A program made the position numbers and the translations under genes. Shown one piece after another: positions 28,201 to 43,200 of a stretch of DNA of 64,000 bases. The DNA lies in NCBI RefSeq assembly GCF_018977255.1, contig NW_024704742.1:130636001-130700000 (forward strand), in the 5' to 3' direction. The notes under the pieces are model-generated. The model did not search any database. It saw nothing but the letters and a program-made list of their open reading frames with translations, and was not told where the DNA came from. The stretch comes from Callorhinchus milii. Taxonomy: Eukaryota. How positions within the stretch are numbered: position 1 is the stretch's first letter; the number at the start of each line of letters is the position of its first letter.

Positions 28201-31200
28201 ATAGCATAGTGGGACCTCGAAAGTGGAAGCACCTGGGTTTGATTCCCAGAGGGTAATTATCCCTCAAAAAATTAATACAATATATTCTGAAGCGCTTTGT
28301 GATAAGGCGCTACATCAAATGCAAGGATTATTATGTTTAAATATAAAAATGCCTAACATTACACACTTTCAAAATATTGCAGGCCTTGGTGGGCGGAGCC
28401 GAGGAAGAGGAGGAGGAAGATTTTCAGCACAAGGCATGGGGTAAGCATCTAAATGAGACTCTAATTTGAATTGTGTAGCTTAGGTAGCGAGGTTAGGTAC
28501 GTAGGTCGGTGCATTGGGATAAACTGCTGATCAATTGGCTTGTTAAAGATTTTTCAGTTGAATATTCAATTTACTGTGCTGCGTTAAAATTCTAATTCTA
28601 GGAGAGGAAAGGAATCTTGCCTTTTTCTATATGAATCAACACTGGTTTAATTTAATTGTGTGGGAAAAGATGATTGTGTCCTTATGCTTTTTGTTAAGAT
28701 AAAAGGTATCTGCTAACTTGCTAAAAGGAGATGACTTCAGGACTAATTATTGTAAAGTACTTGCCTTCCCATTTTCCCCCATCCTAGTTTATTTTAGGAA
28801 GAAAAATTCCTCAAGTTTATTTTATGCAGGAACAAATGAGACTTTCAGGGACAACATCCCAAAGTGGCTCATGCCCTACTGCAGATTGGGTTAAAGGAAA
28901 AACCACTCAAGTGGGCTTGATGGGTTAAATGGCTTCTTATGCTGTAACTTAAGGTGGATAAACTGGAAAATGTTAGCACCAGCTCAGTATAGTATGGCGG
29001 TAACCAAACAATTACTTTCTTGCATTGAGCGCCTTTGGGTTAACTGGACTACTTTCAAATAGTGTGGTCATTACTGCATGGAGTTCTGGTTAGCACATGA
29101 TCCACGCTGGGAAATCTTTGGAGTTGTGCCAGCACAAACTGAACCCTGAAAGGCTAGATCTCCACTTGTGGGGGAGGGGAGGAAGGAAATAAGACCTTAA
29201 TTAGTTTTGTCCTGAAAGTACTCAGTGATTTATTCTCCCCTTAAACATTTTAGCTTGGTTGGCACACTGCCGGTTTTAAACCCTGGTGCAATTTTGTAAC
29301 CGAGTCAGTATAAAGTGACAGCGCTTCAGAAGATTTGGGTTGTTTAACCTAATATAGTTTTAGGTTATTGCAACATTTTTATGACTGTTTCATAGAGTTG
29401 AAGTCTTCTGATCATTCCAGTTAGGGCTGTGTTCATCTTATAGTATTGTGGAATTACATCACTTTCAAAAATAAGATAACTTTCCCACACTAACTAAAAA
29501 TAAAGATTATGCCCATGAACTAGAAAAGAAAGTTTGTGCTTGTGAAGTATATATGGTCCTGACATGAAATTTGCTGCACATTTAGTGAATCTTTCCCCAT
29601 TCGGAAGTTTGTGATAATAAACTTGAGCAAGCCTGCCTGTGTCACAGGGAAGAAAACACATTTGTTTTGCACATTGCCAATAATGAAAAATTGGGCCTAA
29701 CAAAATGTGTAGCTAAGCACATTTTTAAACATAGGAGACTCATATCATATTTGCAGCGTATTCAACTCGGCATCAGAGTTGCAGCATGGATCATCTGACT
29801 TTTTGTAAAAAAATTAAATAATGTATGATATGCGAATAGTGAATCATTCTGAACTGGCAAGATTCTTAAACTGCAGTTGGAGCTAGCCGGAGAGCAAAGT
29901 TTTGGTCTCCTCCCTCCACCCCCCCCCCCACCCCCGAATGCATTCTACCACTTAACTTCAAAGTCTACTCTGAATGCAAGAGCGGTTTAGATATCAAGCC
30001 TATTGTTGTTTCAATGTGGCGTCAAGCCTTTTCAAGTTTGCTGGAATAAAGTTCCCTTTTATTTGTTGATTGCTTTAGATAAAATACTTGATGTCTGTCT
30101 TAAGCTTATCCTTCAAATTAAAAATATGTACTCTTTGTCCTGCTGTATTGAAATAATGTATTGTTCCAGGGTTTATTTTTTTGTTAAGTACCTTTATGAT
30201 CCCTTTGAGATGTCTCTTTTCAAGGTAGAAAAATCCTACCTTGTGGTAATGTTTCTTAACATATCCCTCTAAAACTGTGGATCAGCCAAATTGCACAAAG
30301 ATTCATGCACATCTTTACTACTTTTTTTAGTCAGTTAGGGGTTGAGATGTGTAGAAACTTCCTGGAGGGCCTCGCTGTGCTTACCTAATTCTGGAGAGTG
30401 TTAGGTGTAGGTTGGCGAAAGCCCCTTATGGCTTTGAGACCCCAGAGGGTGCTTGGGTCCTGCTGGCGTATAACATTTTTTTTAAAAAAAATGCATAGTT
30501 TGCCATTGAGAGTACTGTGGCTGAATCCCTGTCCCTAATGACTGGTTACCCTCCAAGTCCTGCCAAACAGCCAGTCTGTTCTGTCATCAGCAGTGCCTTG
30601 GAGTATTTGCTGCCTGGTTCAGCAACCAGATTACCGAGATCTCCACAAGGGTAGACTCAATCCCAGCCTTTCTTTGCTGAGCGCATAACTTGGAGCCATT
30701 TTGGCCACAAGGAACCCTTTTTGCTTTCTCTTTCTCACCCTCCCTCGCCAAAAAAGTATTAATGTTGTATATTTGCAGAGACTATATTGAATTAAATTGA
30801 ATTTGTGAGAATTGCTGCTCTTTATCACTATGCAAATATGTTTTTAGTATTGAAAATTCATTAAAACTAAATGTTTCAGTCTGTCGTGGAACACTTCAAT
30901 TTGCATCATTCCTTAAATACCTTTTGAATTCACTTAGTGTATCTCAACTGTACAGAACCTTCAACCCAGCAGACTACACAGATTCTACAACAAATGATGG
31001 TTATGGGACAAAGTCTGAAATGTGGGAGTCTGGTCAAAATGACTGTGATGGAACTGGTAGGAAAATATTAACTGAAAAAATTTATGCTTCTCAAAATTTG
31101 CAACATTTCACCCCAGTCATTTCTATTAATTTTATATCTTTGTGTGCTTATTTGTGTTTTCTAGGTGCCTGGAAGAATTCAATGGAAGATTGGGTAGCTG

Positions 31201-34200
31201 AAGACTGGAGTGAAGATGTAAGCATTTAATTTTATATAGTCTATTAATCAATTTCTGTACGACAAATTGTATGAGAATGCTGCAGGTACTTCTGAAAGAA
31301 GCACTGAACTAACTATAAAACTCATAATACCATAATTATCAAACTTGATTGAGCAGATCTACAATTGTCGAGTGTTATAGACTAACTAATATAGTGCATT
31401 AAGAGTAGTGCAAATTCAATTTGAATTTGGAACTTTAGTACCTTGTCTTCGCTTTCAAATCCCTTCCCTCGTCTCACCCTACCTTTGCATCCTCTTAAAA
31501 CAGTTACTGCCTCAGCTGCTCCCTCAGCAAAAAGCAGTCTGCTTCATGTTCCGCTGTAACTCCATCCTTGCCCCCTCCTTCCCTACTTTAAAAACTTGCC
31601 TCCTTTGGCCACCTGTTTCCCTTCTCTTTACCCCCCCCCACCAGCCTTGTGAATATCATAGATGCCTTCCCAATGTGATAGGTACTGTGTAAATTGTTTT
31701 GTTGCAGCTGACACAGAAGTATCAAATATTTGTTTAATCTTTTGTTCAACTTTTAAGTTGAATTCCTCTGTAACTGATGGTATACCATAAAGAGCATCAT
31801 TTTGCTTTTGTAATTTTTTTTAAAAAATTGTTCCAAGTACCCAACAGAGTTTTATTAAATACCTGGACAAAAACTTTTAAGTTCTCAGGGAGGTGGAAGT
31901 TAAATCCTGCAGAGAGACTAGGACGAGACAGTAAATGCAGTTCTGTTGAGAAATGTACTTGTTACTAGATCTGTAACAGCAGCTGCACTTGTCTTGTGAT
32001 CTTATGATGGCCTCAGTGTAATCCATATAGGGGGAGAAACATTCCCTCCAATCTACCCTCAGTTTATTGTATTAAATCATGTAACCCAAACAGCAAGGAC
32101 AATGGAGAACTTTCTTGGGGGGTGGCGGGTGGTAGAGAAAAGGCAAAGATTAAACTAACTTGCGTTCTAACAACATTTTGTATTCTGGACGTGTTCTCAC
32201 CTCCCCTAAGCTTGATTTTAAATCTGACTCCTGCACTCATAGTGATGTTAAGGAATGTTTGTGGTTTGATTTTATTTCCCTCTCTGTTGCAAGATTGAGC
32301 AGTACTCAGCAACTTTTGTGACTGAAAAATTGCCTTTGCCTGGAGAGGGACTGGGCAAGGTTCACTGAAATATTGAATTGTTTGAGTAAGAATGACAGCT
32401 CTAGTATCTTGCAGCACAGAAGCCTTCTGGAGAGATTGCATTACAACATCCTTTTTGGTTAATTGGAGAGTTGAAATCTGCAGACAATGCCCACAAGGGT
32501 TCTCGTAGCTTATTTGTCCCAATTGAATTCTGTAGGTGATACTCCTGACGTATATCCTGGCATCTAGTAACTGCAAAAGTGGCATAAATAGACACTCCTA
32601 ATATCAGGACTAATGGAATGTCTGGGGAAGAGGAAGCTGTAACTTAAGCAATGCAGCACATCAATGTTCTATTTATACTGCACATATGGCAGCGCTGCTT
32701 CAAACAGACGTGGCTCTGCAATAACAGAGCTGCCGGTGCAGTGGGCTCTCCCCACATACAGTGGTTGGGGAGTCCACAACAATAGGTGGTGCAATTTCTG
32801 AAGTCTGAATTTGCCTCATTTCTGAACACAAACGTATTACCCTTTTGAAGGGTACGATCCTTATCACAACTTGTTTTTATAAAAAGCCTTTCATTGTAAA
32901 GGGACACCTCAAAGCACTTGAATAGGCCACCAATAGGAAAACTGCCTCGGTGCCTTAATCAGATGAGAGTTCAGCCAGCTACAGGAAATTATGTTGATCG
33001 CTGCTGGAAATTTAAGGGGCCTCATTTAGCTTGCTGCTTTGAGACCAGGAAGAAAGTTTTTGGGCACGATTCCTTGTCCCTTCCCAGCTTTAAATCCTGC
33101 CTTAAGACATTTCTTTTGAACCGAGCTTTCAATTTTTACACTAAGCAACGGGTAAAAATTGTCTAACTTCAGGGTCATCAGTTTGCTGCTGATTTCAATT
33201 TTTGCGCGCATGTGTGTGTGAGTGTGTATGGTTTGTGCATCAGCCTGGCTCAGTTGGAAGCACACTCGCCTCTTGAGTCAGAAGGTTGGTGCCTGGAACT
33301 CATAGTCTAAGATGACATTCAAATGCAGTGCTCGGGGGTTGCTGCATTGATGGAAGTGCAGTCCTTTAGATGCAGCATTAAACTAAGGACATTGAAGATC
33401 CCACATCACAATTCAAAAAGAGAAAGGAGAAGAGTTTCTCCCGGTGTTCTGGCCAACAATCCTCTCTTTCCCACTCTCCCCACCCCCACCTCCCCAACAA
33501 AATTGATTATTAATTTCATGGCTATTTTGAGGCATTGCTGTGAGTAAATTGGCTGCCGTGTTTGTGTACAAATACAGTTACTATATTTTACAGTAAAGAT
33601 CCAGTGTTCAATAATCCTAGGGTGCCTTTGCTCTTATAGCAAAGATATTGCATGCAAATAATGCATTGGTGTGTTGATAAGAAGTGATTGTTGCTGGCTT
33701 AGTCATCTTAAACTGTTATGCTATTGGTTAGATATCACATTGACAAAATGAAGACGTGCATAACAATCGTTGAATTTAATTTTTTAAGCAGCTGACGGAA
33801 ACCAAGGTCTTCACTGCCTCCACTATTGGAGGAATGGACAACCGTATCACTGCAGGGCAAAGGTATGACCTGAGCTATATTCAACATCCTATTTCTGATC
33901 TTGGTAGCTAATAATTACGTATAATGTATGGATTTCAAAAAGGTATAAGGCGTTGTCTTTCTTTTTTAGAAAAACTAGATCCAGATTTTTCAGGTGTATT
34001 CTATTATTAAATTAGGTTGACTGTTGTTGATGTGACTAATAGTGTAAAGAGGAAAGTTTCCAAATTAACCATCAACTTTTGAAGAAGGAATTCTGGTGTT
34101 TGAAACAAACCCCAATATTCCTTTATCAGTTCAATTGGTTATATACATTTCTCTTGTCAAAAACATGTTTGTTGAGGAAATTATTTAAGTTACAAATTAT

Positions 34201-37200
34201 TTTTAAAAAATATATGCAATTAAACTCAATTTGCTAAATGTTGGAAGAAAAGAGGATTATTTAGGAATAGTTTAACACATTCTTCCACTTTTTTCTGCGT
34301 AGTGAGTGTTTATGGAGTTGATAGTGTACCTGAAACCATTGTGAATAATTTTAAATGAAAGGTCTTGTCATTTGCACCTTGGATGGATAGGATATGGAAT
34401 AGTATTGATGACTGCTCAACCTATTGCCTGTCTTCTGCTTTTAAGCAATCTGCGAAGGATTCAAAAATGTTCAAGATTTTAAAAAAAACTGAAGTCGCTT
34501 TTTTTTTGGGGGGGGGTTATATTATTTAACATATCGAAGCATCCAAAACGCATAAGATAAAGTGAACTCTCTCAGAGCATCTGATTTTTAGAAAAATGGA
34601 ATGCTAAATGGGATGATCTTAAAATAGGTTTTCGCTGCATCTTACAGCAATATTTCCAACTTTGGGATGTCTTATTTTATCCATTAAAGTTGAATGCATC
34701 TTTCCCATTTGCTACCTACATTTTTGCCATTTTCTGCAACCTTTTAATGAGTTAAACCTATTCCACAAATTTATTTCTCCCCATTTAACCTCAAAGGGTA
34801 TTACAAGAACAGTGGCTTTCTTAGAAATTCTTTAATTTGAGGGTGAGAGAGACTCTTATTTCTATTTCTCTTCCTCCACCCCCCCCCAATATTTATGGCC
34901 ACAATGGCATACTTTGTCCCAAGCCTCTTTCGCTGCTGTTGAGATCCAGCTACTAGAAAGGTGCCTTGGAGACGACTTCTTGACTCTTGCTATGACTTCC
35001 AATGACTTTGACCCTTTTCAAAGTTCTTGATAGTTCATTTAATGCGGTGAGGTTGATGAATCATCACATTTACTTTGTCCCACACCAGTTTTGATGTTAC
35101 CCTACAGTCTTTTCCGGTCTTGAATAATGAAACCAAGCTCATACTTTGGGTGCTCTTTCCCCTAATATCGCAGGGTGTTTAATGTTTAAAAGCATGTGAG
35201 GAAAGAGAGCTTTATAAATGGTCCTTGATAAATTAGAGAAGGTGAATTTGTCACAATTTCTGAACAATTTATTTCATTGGAAAATTGTTCATCTCGAGAG
35301 AAATTGACATTCTTTTTGGTGAGCCACAAAGCGTGGATAATTCAAGTCTATAAAGTTGATTGCTGTCTTTCTAAACAAAAAGCGCCTAAATATTGGGCTC
35401 TGAATTGTTGCAAATGCTTCCTGAAACCAGTTGCGATGGTTACAGAACCTGTTAAAAGGTCTGAAAATAACTTCTTTTTTTAAGCATTGATCTAGCAACA
35501 TTGCTTCAAAAACCCTCATCAACTGGTACTGTAACAGAAACCAACTCGTATGAAGCACCTCAGCAGGCCAACCTCACTCAGTCACTGGTGTTCACTAATT
35601 CCCGACATGATGATCCAATTCCATCGGTGGAAGGAAACTCCAATGCTGTGAATTCCTACTCTCAAAGTCTGGTAAACAAAAAAAAAGTTACTATACGTTT
35701 TGTAATGAGTTATTTTTGTTCCCCTTTGTAAATCAGAGCCTCTTAAAAATAAGAGTCCTTTAGACTCTAGGTTCTATTACAGTTGGTTTCTCCTTCAGAA
35801 CAGGTCTTCTGCAGTACTTGGGTTTTGACCTGTGTTCCACGATTGCGACATTTTCAAAGTGAAGCATGTACCCATTGTGTGGAATCTACAAACTGTGCCA
35901 CCAAATGAATACTTTCCCTCTCTTCAGTAGGTGCTGCCTTCTGTTTTGTTTTCTCTCCTCTCGGTTTCCTTGGTGTTATTGTCTCTTTATTCTGCTCCCT
36001 ACTTTCCTCCATTCTGGATACAGATTTTTTTTAAAAAAAGGCTTATAGTTCTGTGGTTACAAAAACATTTCTTATCTGTGTTTTTCTCTTCTAGTCTGTC
36101 TAAGAAGCTGGTGGGATTCAAGTGTTGCTGATCCTGTGATGTTAAGTTTCCAATGGTGGATAGCAGCAATGACTTTGTCCTGAGCCAGAGCCATCTTAGA
36201 GTGGACTGCTCCATCAGAGGATTTCTTGAAGTGGGCCTGGGACCAGAGGAGAGATTGTCCTTATCGGACACTTCCTTGAAGCCAGGTGCTGCACCCTCAG
36301 CAGAGAACCTTAGGATAATTGTCTGGCCCTTGTAATATTAGGGCTTCACCCTCAACTGCTGAGAAGGGGTGATTATTCACAGTCCATAGTTAAGACTTAT
36401 CCAAGTCCTCAATAAAGCAGGGGTTATGCTCACAGAGCATATTACATAGAAAAAGGGTTGAATAATCCTCCACCTCTTGGCTCCAAAAGGCATACTTCAT
36501 CCCTCTTCCAAGTTATTTAAATACGTTTCACCCACAAAATATATAGTCTACTCACTCTACAGTATAGTCTGAGAAATGCCTTGAGAGTCTTAAGACGTGA
36601 TAAGGCACTATATCAAAGCAAGTATTATTATTATTATTACCCGGAGCGTTAAAGGCCACCGAACCTTCAATTCCATTCCTTGTATGGAATAAGCAGACTC
36701 CAGCCTGCACCAGGTCTCCCTCCCAACCCGCCCTAACATCGGCTGCCGGGCTTTCAGCCTCTCTGTCCCCACTCTTTGGAATTCCATCCCACAATCCCTT
36801 CACCTTGCTCCCTCTCTTGCCTCTTTCAAGGCATGACTCAAGACCATCCTTTTTGACCGTGCCTTCAGCCACCCTCCTACTTCCTCTAACCTCACTCATC
36901 CCAACCCTGAACCCCTTGCTAGGGTCCAGATCCCTGACTGTTCAGTGCCTTGGGACGGCTTCCGACGTGTAAGGCGCTTTACAAATGTAATTTTGTTGGT
37001 GGTGTTAGATTGGGCTGTTAAAATGTCAGCAAAACAAAGATCTGGATGGGGATTTCACTGAAGAGTCTTATTGTGGTGGCAGCCAATACGTTTGGCCAAA
37101 AAGTATGCAAGGGGCTTAAATTTGCACAGATCAAAGTTTCTTTTGGTCGGGTGATTTTCAGTTTAGTCTTCATGAGCTTTTCGTTTTTTCTTTAAATAAG

Positions 37201-40200
37201 GAGCTTCAGTTTTTCCGCTTCTAGATTGAAGGCTTCCAAATCCCCTCTATTTATTCCTGATTTGATAGAAACAGCCTGCGCATAGAGGTCATTGTATCAG
37301 GATATTTTCATCTGGAGAAGTTTGTCTCACTGTCTCCAGGAAATTTATGTAAATTGGCCATCTGGTTATCTGCAATCTCTACAGACACAGCAGCTCTGAC
37401 TGTTTGCTTGCTTTTGTTGTTTGAGGTTCTGAGAAAGAAGGAAGAGTTAGAAAACATGTCAAATGATTTTGTTTGTACGTTAGGTGATTAGTAAATAAAG
37501 ATCGGATTGTGTGATCATTTAACATCTGTGACAATGTATAACAGCATCCATTTTGAAAGCTATTTCCGAATCCCTGCCATCGGCAAGCTTAGTTATCTTT
37601 TACGTAACGGTCTTCAGTGGTCCAGTTAAGAGTGTGAATAAGTTTGTTGAAACTTTGGTGCATCTTCAATGGAGCTAATGTTTGTATTCTCAAGAAATGT
37701 TTGAGCAATCATCTTTACAGTATAAATATCTTAAGATTTCAGCTTGTAAAAGCCTTCTGTTTGAAAATATTCCTCTATGCAATCCAGTATCACAACAGTA
37801 CACTTGTTTCAGCTTTTCTACTGGATACTCTAGCTTTTCATTTTCCCCCTCCAACCCAATGGGCTTGACCTCTTCATTGGGTTTGTGTGCATTTGACCCA
37901 ATCGAAAGCAGCCTAAAATTTTGGTACTCTTATTCCATACCCATTTGTCTCCCCCGTTTTCTAAACCCAGCCTTTGGTGAAATGTTTAGCTGAACAAAAC
38001 GATCGTTGACCCTTTGGCTGCTACTGATTTGCAGGATATTTATACTTCTTTTGGTGGGGGGGCAGTGGAGGCAGATGTTGAAGAAATTTTTTTCAAATTT
38101 CTCTGTGGTACACATGTCAAATCCAAGTGCATTTGGAATACCATTTTGGGGAGAAACAAAATTTCTAGTGACTTGCTAGTATGCGCATTTTTGGATTACT
38201 GTGCATTTTCTCAGCTGTTAATAATTAGCATCTGATTTTTTTTGTATGGGGCAACCACATTAAACACCCTGTTAGAGTGTGAGTTCGCTTACAACATTGT
38301 CTCTTGTGGATCCGCAGTTGCCATTTCCTGCTCCCAGAGCAGACTGGCTGGCATTCTGTGTACTCCATATATAATCGGGAATCCTATAGCTCAGTGGCTA
38401 GAGCACTCGCCTCGCAAGTGAGAGACCTGGGTGCGATTCCCAGCAGGGCGAAACTTTGGGCAAGTTTCCTTACTCCACACACCTGATAATAATCCCTCTA
38501 GAGAAAAAAACAATAATAAGAATGGTCACATCAATCCACGACTTTGTGGGACACTGCTGTGCGTAATTGGCTACTGCGTTTCGCCCACAAATCTACAGTC
38601 AATTCACTTTACAGTATATTCTGTGAAGCGCTTTGCGACGTCTAGAAGACATGAAAAGCACTATATCAAATGCAAGGATTACTATTACAATCCCTTTGCC
38701 TTGCTCCCTCCCTTGCCTTATTTAAGGCATGTCTCAAGAACCTTCTCTTTGACCATGCCTTCAGTCACCCACTTGCCGACACAGTCGATCACGCCGTCCC
38801 CCTCCACCGCCTTTCCTCCGTCATCCACCTCAGTGGGACCGCACTCGCCTGGTTCGAGTCGTACCTCACAAACCGCCAGCAGTACATCTGCACAAACGGC
38901 TTCTCCACCTGCTCTCACCTGGTTACCTGCTGGGTACCCCAAGGATCCAACCTTGGCCCCCTCCTCTTTCTGATCTACATGTTCCCTCTTGGGGATGTCA
39001 TCCACAGACATTTCCACATGTACGCGGACGACATCCAACTCTCACCTCCTCCACCTACTCGACCTCCCCCTAAAACTCTCCAAACCTGTACGCAACCTAG
39101 GTGTCCAGTTCGACCCCCAATTATCCTTCCTCCCCCACATCCGGTCCCTCACCAGCATCACCTTCTTGCACCTCCGACGCATTGCCCGTCTCCGCCAATA
39201 CCATACCTCTCTCCGAAAGCCTTTGAAACCCTAGCCCATGCCTTTGTCACCTCTCGGCTGGACTATTCTTAACGCCCTCCTCGCCGGCCTGCACTCCACT
39301 ACCATTCATATAATCCAGATTATTCAAAACTCTGCCGCCCGCATTGTCACCCGCTCCCTGATCACCCCAGTCCTTGCCAGACTGCACTGGCTGCCTGTTC
39401 CAGAGAAGATCGACTTCAAGGTCCTCACCCTTGTATTCAAATCCCTCCATTCCTCTGCACCCCCCACCTCTCTGACCTCTCTCCTCAAAACAGTACCCGT
39501 TGCCTTTGTTCCTCCGGTCTGGCCTCCCCCGAGTCCTGCGCTCCACCCTCGGCGGCCTTGCCTTCAGCCACTATGCCCCCAGGCTCTGGAATTCCCTTCC
39601 TCACTCCCATCAGCTCGCCTCCTCTCTTCCTATTTTCAGGTCTCTGAAGACCTTTCTTTTCAACCGTGCCTTTGGTGACCTTCCTCCCCCTCTGCCTGGC
39701 TCGGCCCCGGGACCCGTTACTGTGAAGCGCTCTGAGACGCCATCCGGCATCGAGGGCGCTATATAAATCCAAGTTGTTGTTGCCCCCAACCCTCCCTGCC
39801 CTCCAACCCTCCTGATCCTTGGTATGTTTTCCTGACATGAAAGGTGCTATACAAATGTATTCTGATGGTTTGATGGTTCCACACGTATGCAGGCAGCCAG
39901 CCAGTCTGCATCAGAAGCTGGAGGTAACATCAGAGACAGCCTAACAACCAGGAAGCTGGCCCGTTATTCAGATTATTATAGAACAAAGTCTAATTTTATG
40001 GACTCAAAATACCGCGCTATAATGCAGTTGCCCTATACAAACAGGTGCTTTTAGCCAGTAAAAGGGCAGTGCTGATAACACGTAGTAGGACCTAGAAAGT
40101 TTGTTTCTCAGCAATAGCTGAACTAGTGACCTGTATTGGTGTAAAATCTTAAGTAATTCAATGTGCTATGTTTATTTTGGGCATCTTTGTTCTATAATGC

Positions 40201-43200
40201 GATTTGTGCAAATTCCCATGAAGAGCAAAGTGTTTACTTATCTTATCTGTTCTACATTGATGCATTGAAGTAAATGTGCAACGTTGCGGGAGAAACTGGT
40301 TAAGAACTGTTTTAGTAGAACATCTATTATGTGAATATTAGATGTTCCATGACAAAATATTTTCATAAATAAAACTTGAGCTGTAATGTGTGCATGTAGA
40401 GTGATTGCAATGGAAAATCAGTATTTCAGGTTTACTGTTAAGTATCTTTGAATAGGATAGTCGAGTCTTCAGTGCTTTGATTTGGCTTTCCAGTTTTGAA
40501 ATCTTACATGTTTTCTATATTTTTGCAGTCGTCTGTACTTGGTTCTGGGTTTGGAGAACTTGGAACTACAAAGATGGCCAACTCTTCAGGGTCCCAATTA
40601 CTGGAGCAGTTGAAGTCCTCTGGTTTGGTGCCGCTTGCTGCCCAGAACAATCAACAAAGTAACACTCCTGCCTGGGAAACTAAGTCAACTTTACAGTCAA
40701 CTGTTCTAAGCCAGTTTGGTCAGTATCAGTAAAATTACTTGACGCTACCCGACGTGAAGGGCACTATATAAATGCAAGTTGTTGTATTATTCACGTGTTG
40801 ATCGTGGTCCGTAAAATATATGTTATAATTGCACCGGAATAACCCACTTCTATATTAATATGCCCCCATTTTTTAAACAAAATCGGATTCTAGTGCAAGG
40901 TAGAACATCCCTTTTCACATTAACTCTTTGAATTCAATAATAATAAGAATCTTTGCATTTGATACAGCACTCTATCATTACCTAAAATGCCAAGTATAGT
41001 CTTAGCAAAACCAAAATGTTATTCCTCAAATGTGGTCACAGTTTGCTGAAGGGTGGTGTTGACGAAGCTGTTCAGACCATAGTAATATGATTGGTTATTG
41101 CTGGAAAAACACTCTTATTTGTAAGGGAAGTAAACTTGTAGATTTTTTCAAATTGTATAAACTACTTCAAAAATGGTTTCAACTTAATTCAAATGACTCT
41201 TAAGGATCAGTGTTGTGTACTAGGCGGATATGAATTGTGTGCCATGAGCTACAGGGTGGGAAAGAAGTTACCAAACCGAATTAAATTGGGGAGTGAGAGA
41301 CACAAATGAAGATGAAGTGGAAAGGCGGTAATAATAGTACTAGCATTTGTTATGGCACCTTGTCACATTGTTGAGGAGTCTCAAAGTGCTTCACAGAATA
41401 TATCATAAAGTAGATTGACTTTGTATTTGAGGGCAAATAAATCTTTGAACAAAATTTTCAGATTTTCGCTCAAACCAAATGTTGTTATTCATTTCGATTC
41501 CCAGGGCGGTGTAAAACCTTAGACACATTTCCTTACTCCACACGCCTCAGTTTACCTCACAGTAAATTGGAACCCCGTTGTTAGTCGATTGGTGAATCGC
41601 TTTCTGGGGATAATAATCCCTCCCTAAAAATAATGATTTGGTCACTCAATCCACAACTATTTATGAGACACTGCTGCGCGCTATTGCTGTGCTTTGCCCA
41701 CAAAATACAGTCACTACACTTTACAATATTATGTGAGACGTCTCAACTACGCGATAAGGCACTATATCAAATGCAAGCATTATTATTTCTTCCCCGTTCC
41801 TAAAAAAAGTTTCATATATTTTCCCAATCTGCAGACTTCAAGACACAGCCTGAACCATCGCCTGTGCTGAGCCAACTGACCCAGAGACAGCAGCAGGCCT
41901 CTGTGCAGCCAGTGTTGGATTCCTTCTCCTCCCAAATCAAACTGCAAGACCCTTCTCCTGTTGAGAGCACTGTTACTAAAATGATTCAGCAGCCACCGGT
42001 CTCTGCAGACAATCAGATGGCCAATGTCCAACAATCACAGCAAAAACAAGTGAAACCCCAAAAACGGAAGATACCTCCATCTTCTAAAGTAAGTTGTGTT
42101 TTACTTAATGTTTGATTTTACCTGGATTCTTACAGAATTTTATCATAATTTTTAGACAGTTTTTCCAGATGTAATGAATGAGTTTAAATGATGGGCCAGC
42201 TGATTGCTGTGATGCACCACAGGGCAGAAGAGCAATGTTTTGGTTCACATGATGAGCTAATGATCAGGGGTGCAGAGAAGTGGCTTGTTACTCTGTTGGT
42301 TGGGAAATTTGATTCATCTTATCAGCTGCTTCTGCACAGATTATCTGCCTGGCTGGCTCAAGCTTTATTGGTTAAGGCTTGGGAGGGAGTCAGTAAAACC
42401 TGTCCACTCTTGGCCGGAGGAAAACAAGGCCTTCCACATACGGAGGATATCCAAAGTCTCTGGACAGTCAAGTACTTGCACCCATGCTCCAGGCTGCAGT
42501 CGAGGGGTTTAGAGGGTGAGATGGGTGGAGGAGGTGGGAAGATGACCGAAGACGTGGTCGAAGAGGAAGGTCTTAAGACGGGCCTTGGAGGAGGCAAGGC
42601 GGAGGGACTCTGGGATTGAGTTCCAGAGGAACTGTTTAGGACAGAGTAACCAGCGAAAATTGCTTTGGACAGGGGGACCAATGAGAAGAATTGCAGAATT
42701 AAAAGATGACAAAAGTAATGGTTGCTCCTAAAGCACTGTCTGGCTTGCTTAGAATACAGGCTGTCTACCCAGAGTGTATTGTAACTTGCAAAAGCCTGCC
42801 AATGTGATTTTAAATAGAGCTCAAACTGGCATTTGATCACTGTTGAGTATCCAGGAAACAATGATGTTTAATTCAAGCACATATCTGAACACTTTTATGT
42901 GGATAGTCCCATTGGCTGAGTTTCCTGGATAAATTGCAAAACCATTCAAATTGTCTTGTTGAATGATGTATTTTTATCTCTGCCGAGGTTACTTTGACAG
43001 TTTTCACCACAAATTCTTCATAGATTTCAATTTCCCTTTCAGATCCCTGCATCTGCTGTTGAAATGCCCGGATCAGCGGATGTCTCGGGATTGAATGTCC
43101 AATTTGGAGCCTTGGAATTTGGCTCTGAGCCTTCGCTGCCTGACTTTGGAACCGGAGGCAAAGAGACGATCAGCCAGACGCAAAACCATTTGTTCTCAAA

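Noticed and set aside
36085..36335. Acceptor-like site followed by TCT GTC TAA (possible poison exon)
   Set aside because: No convincing donor identified, and the region looks like an antisense decayed LINE.
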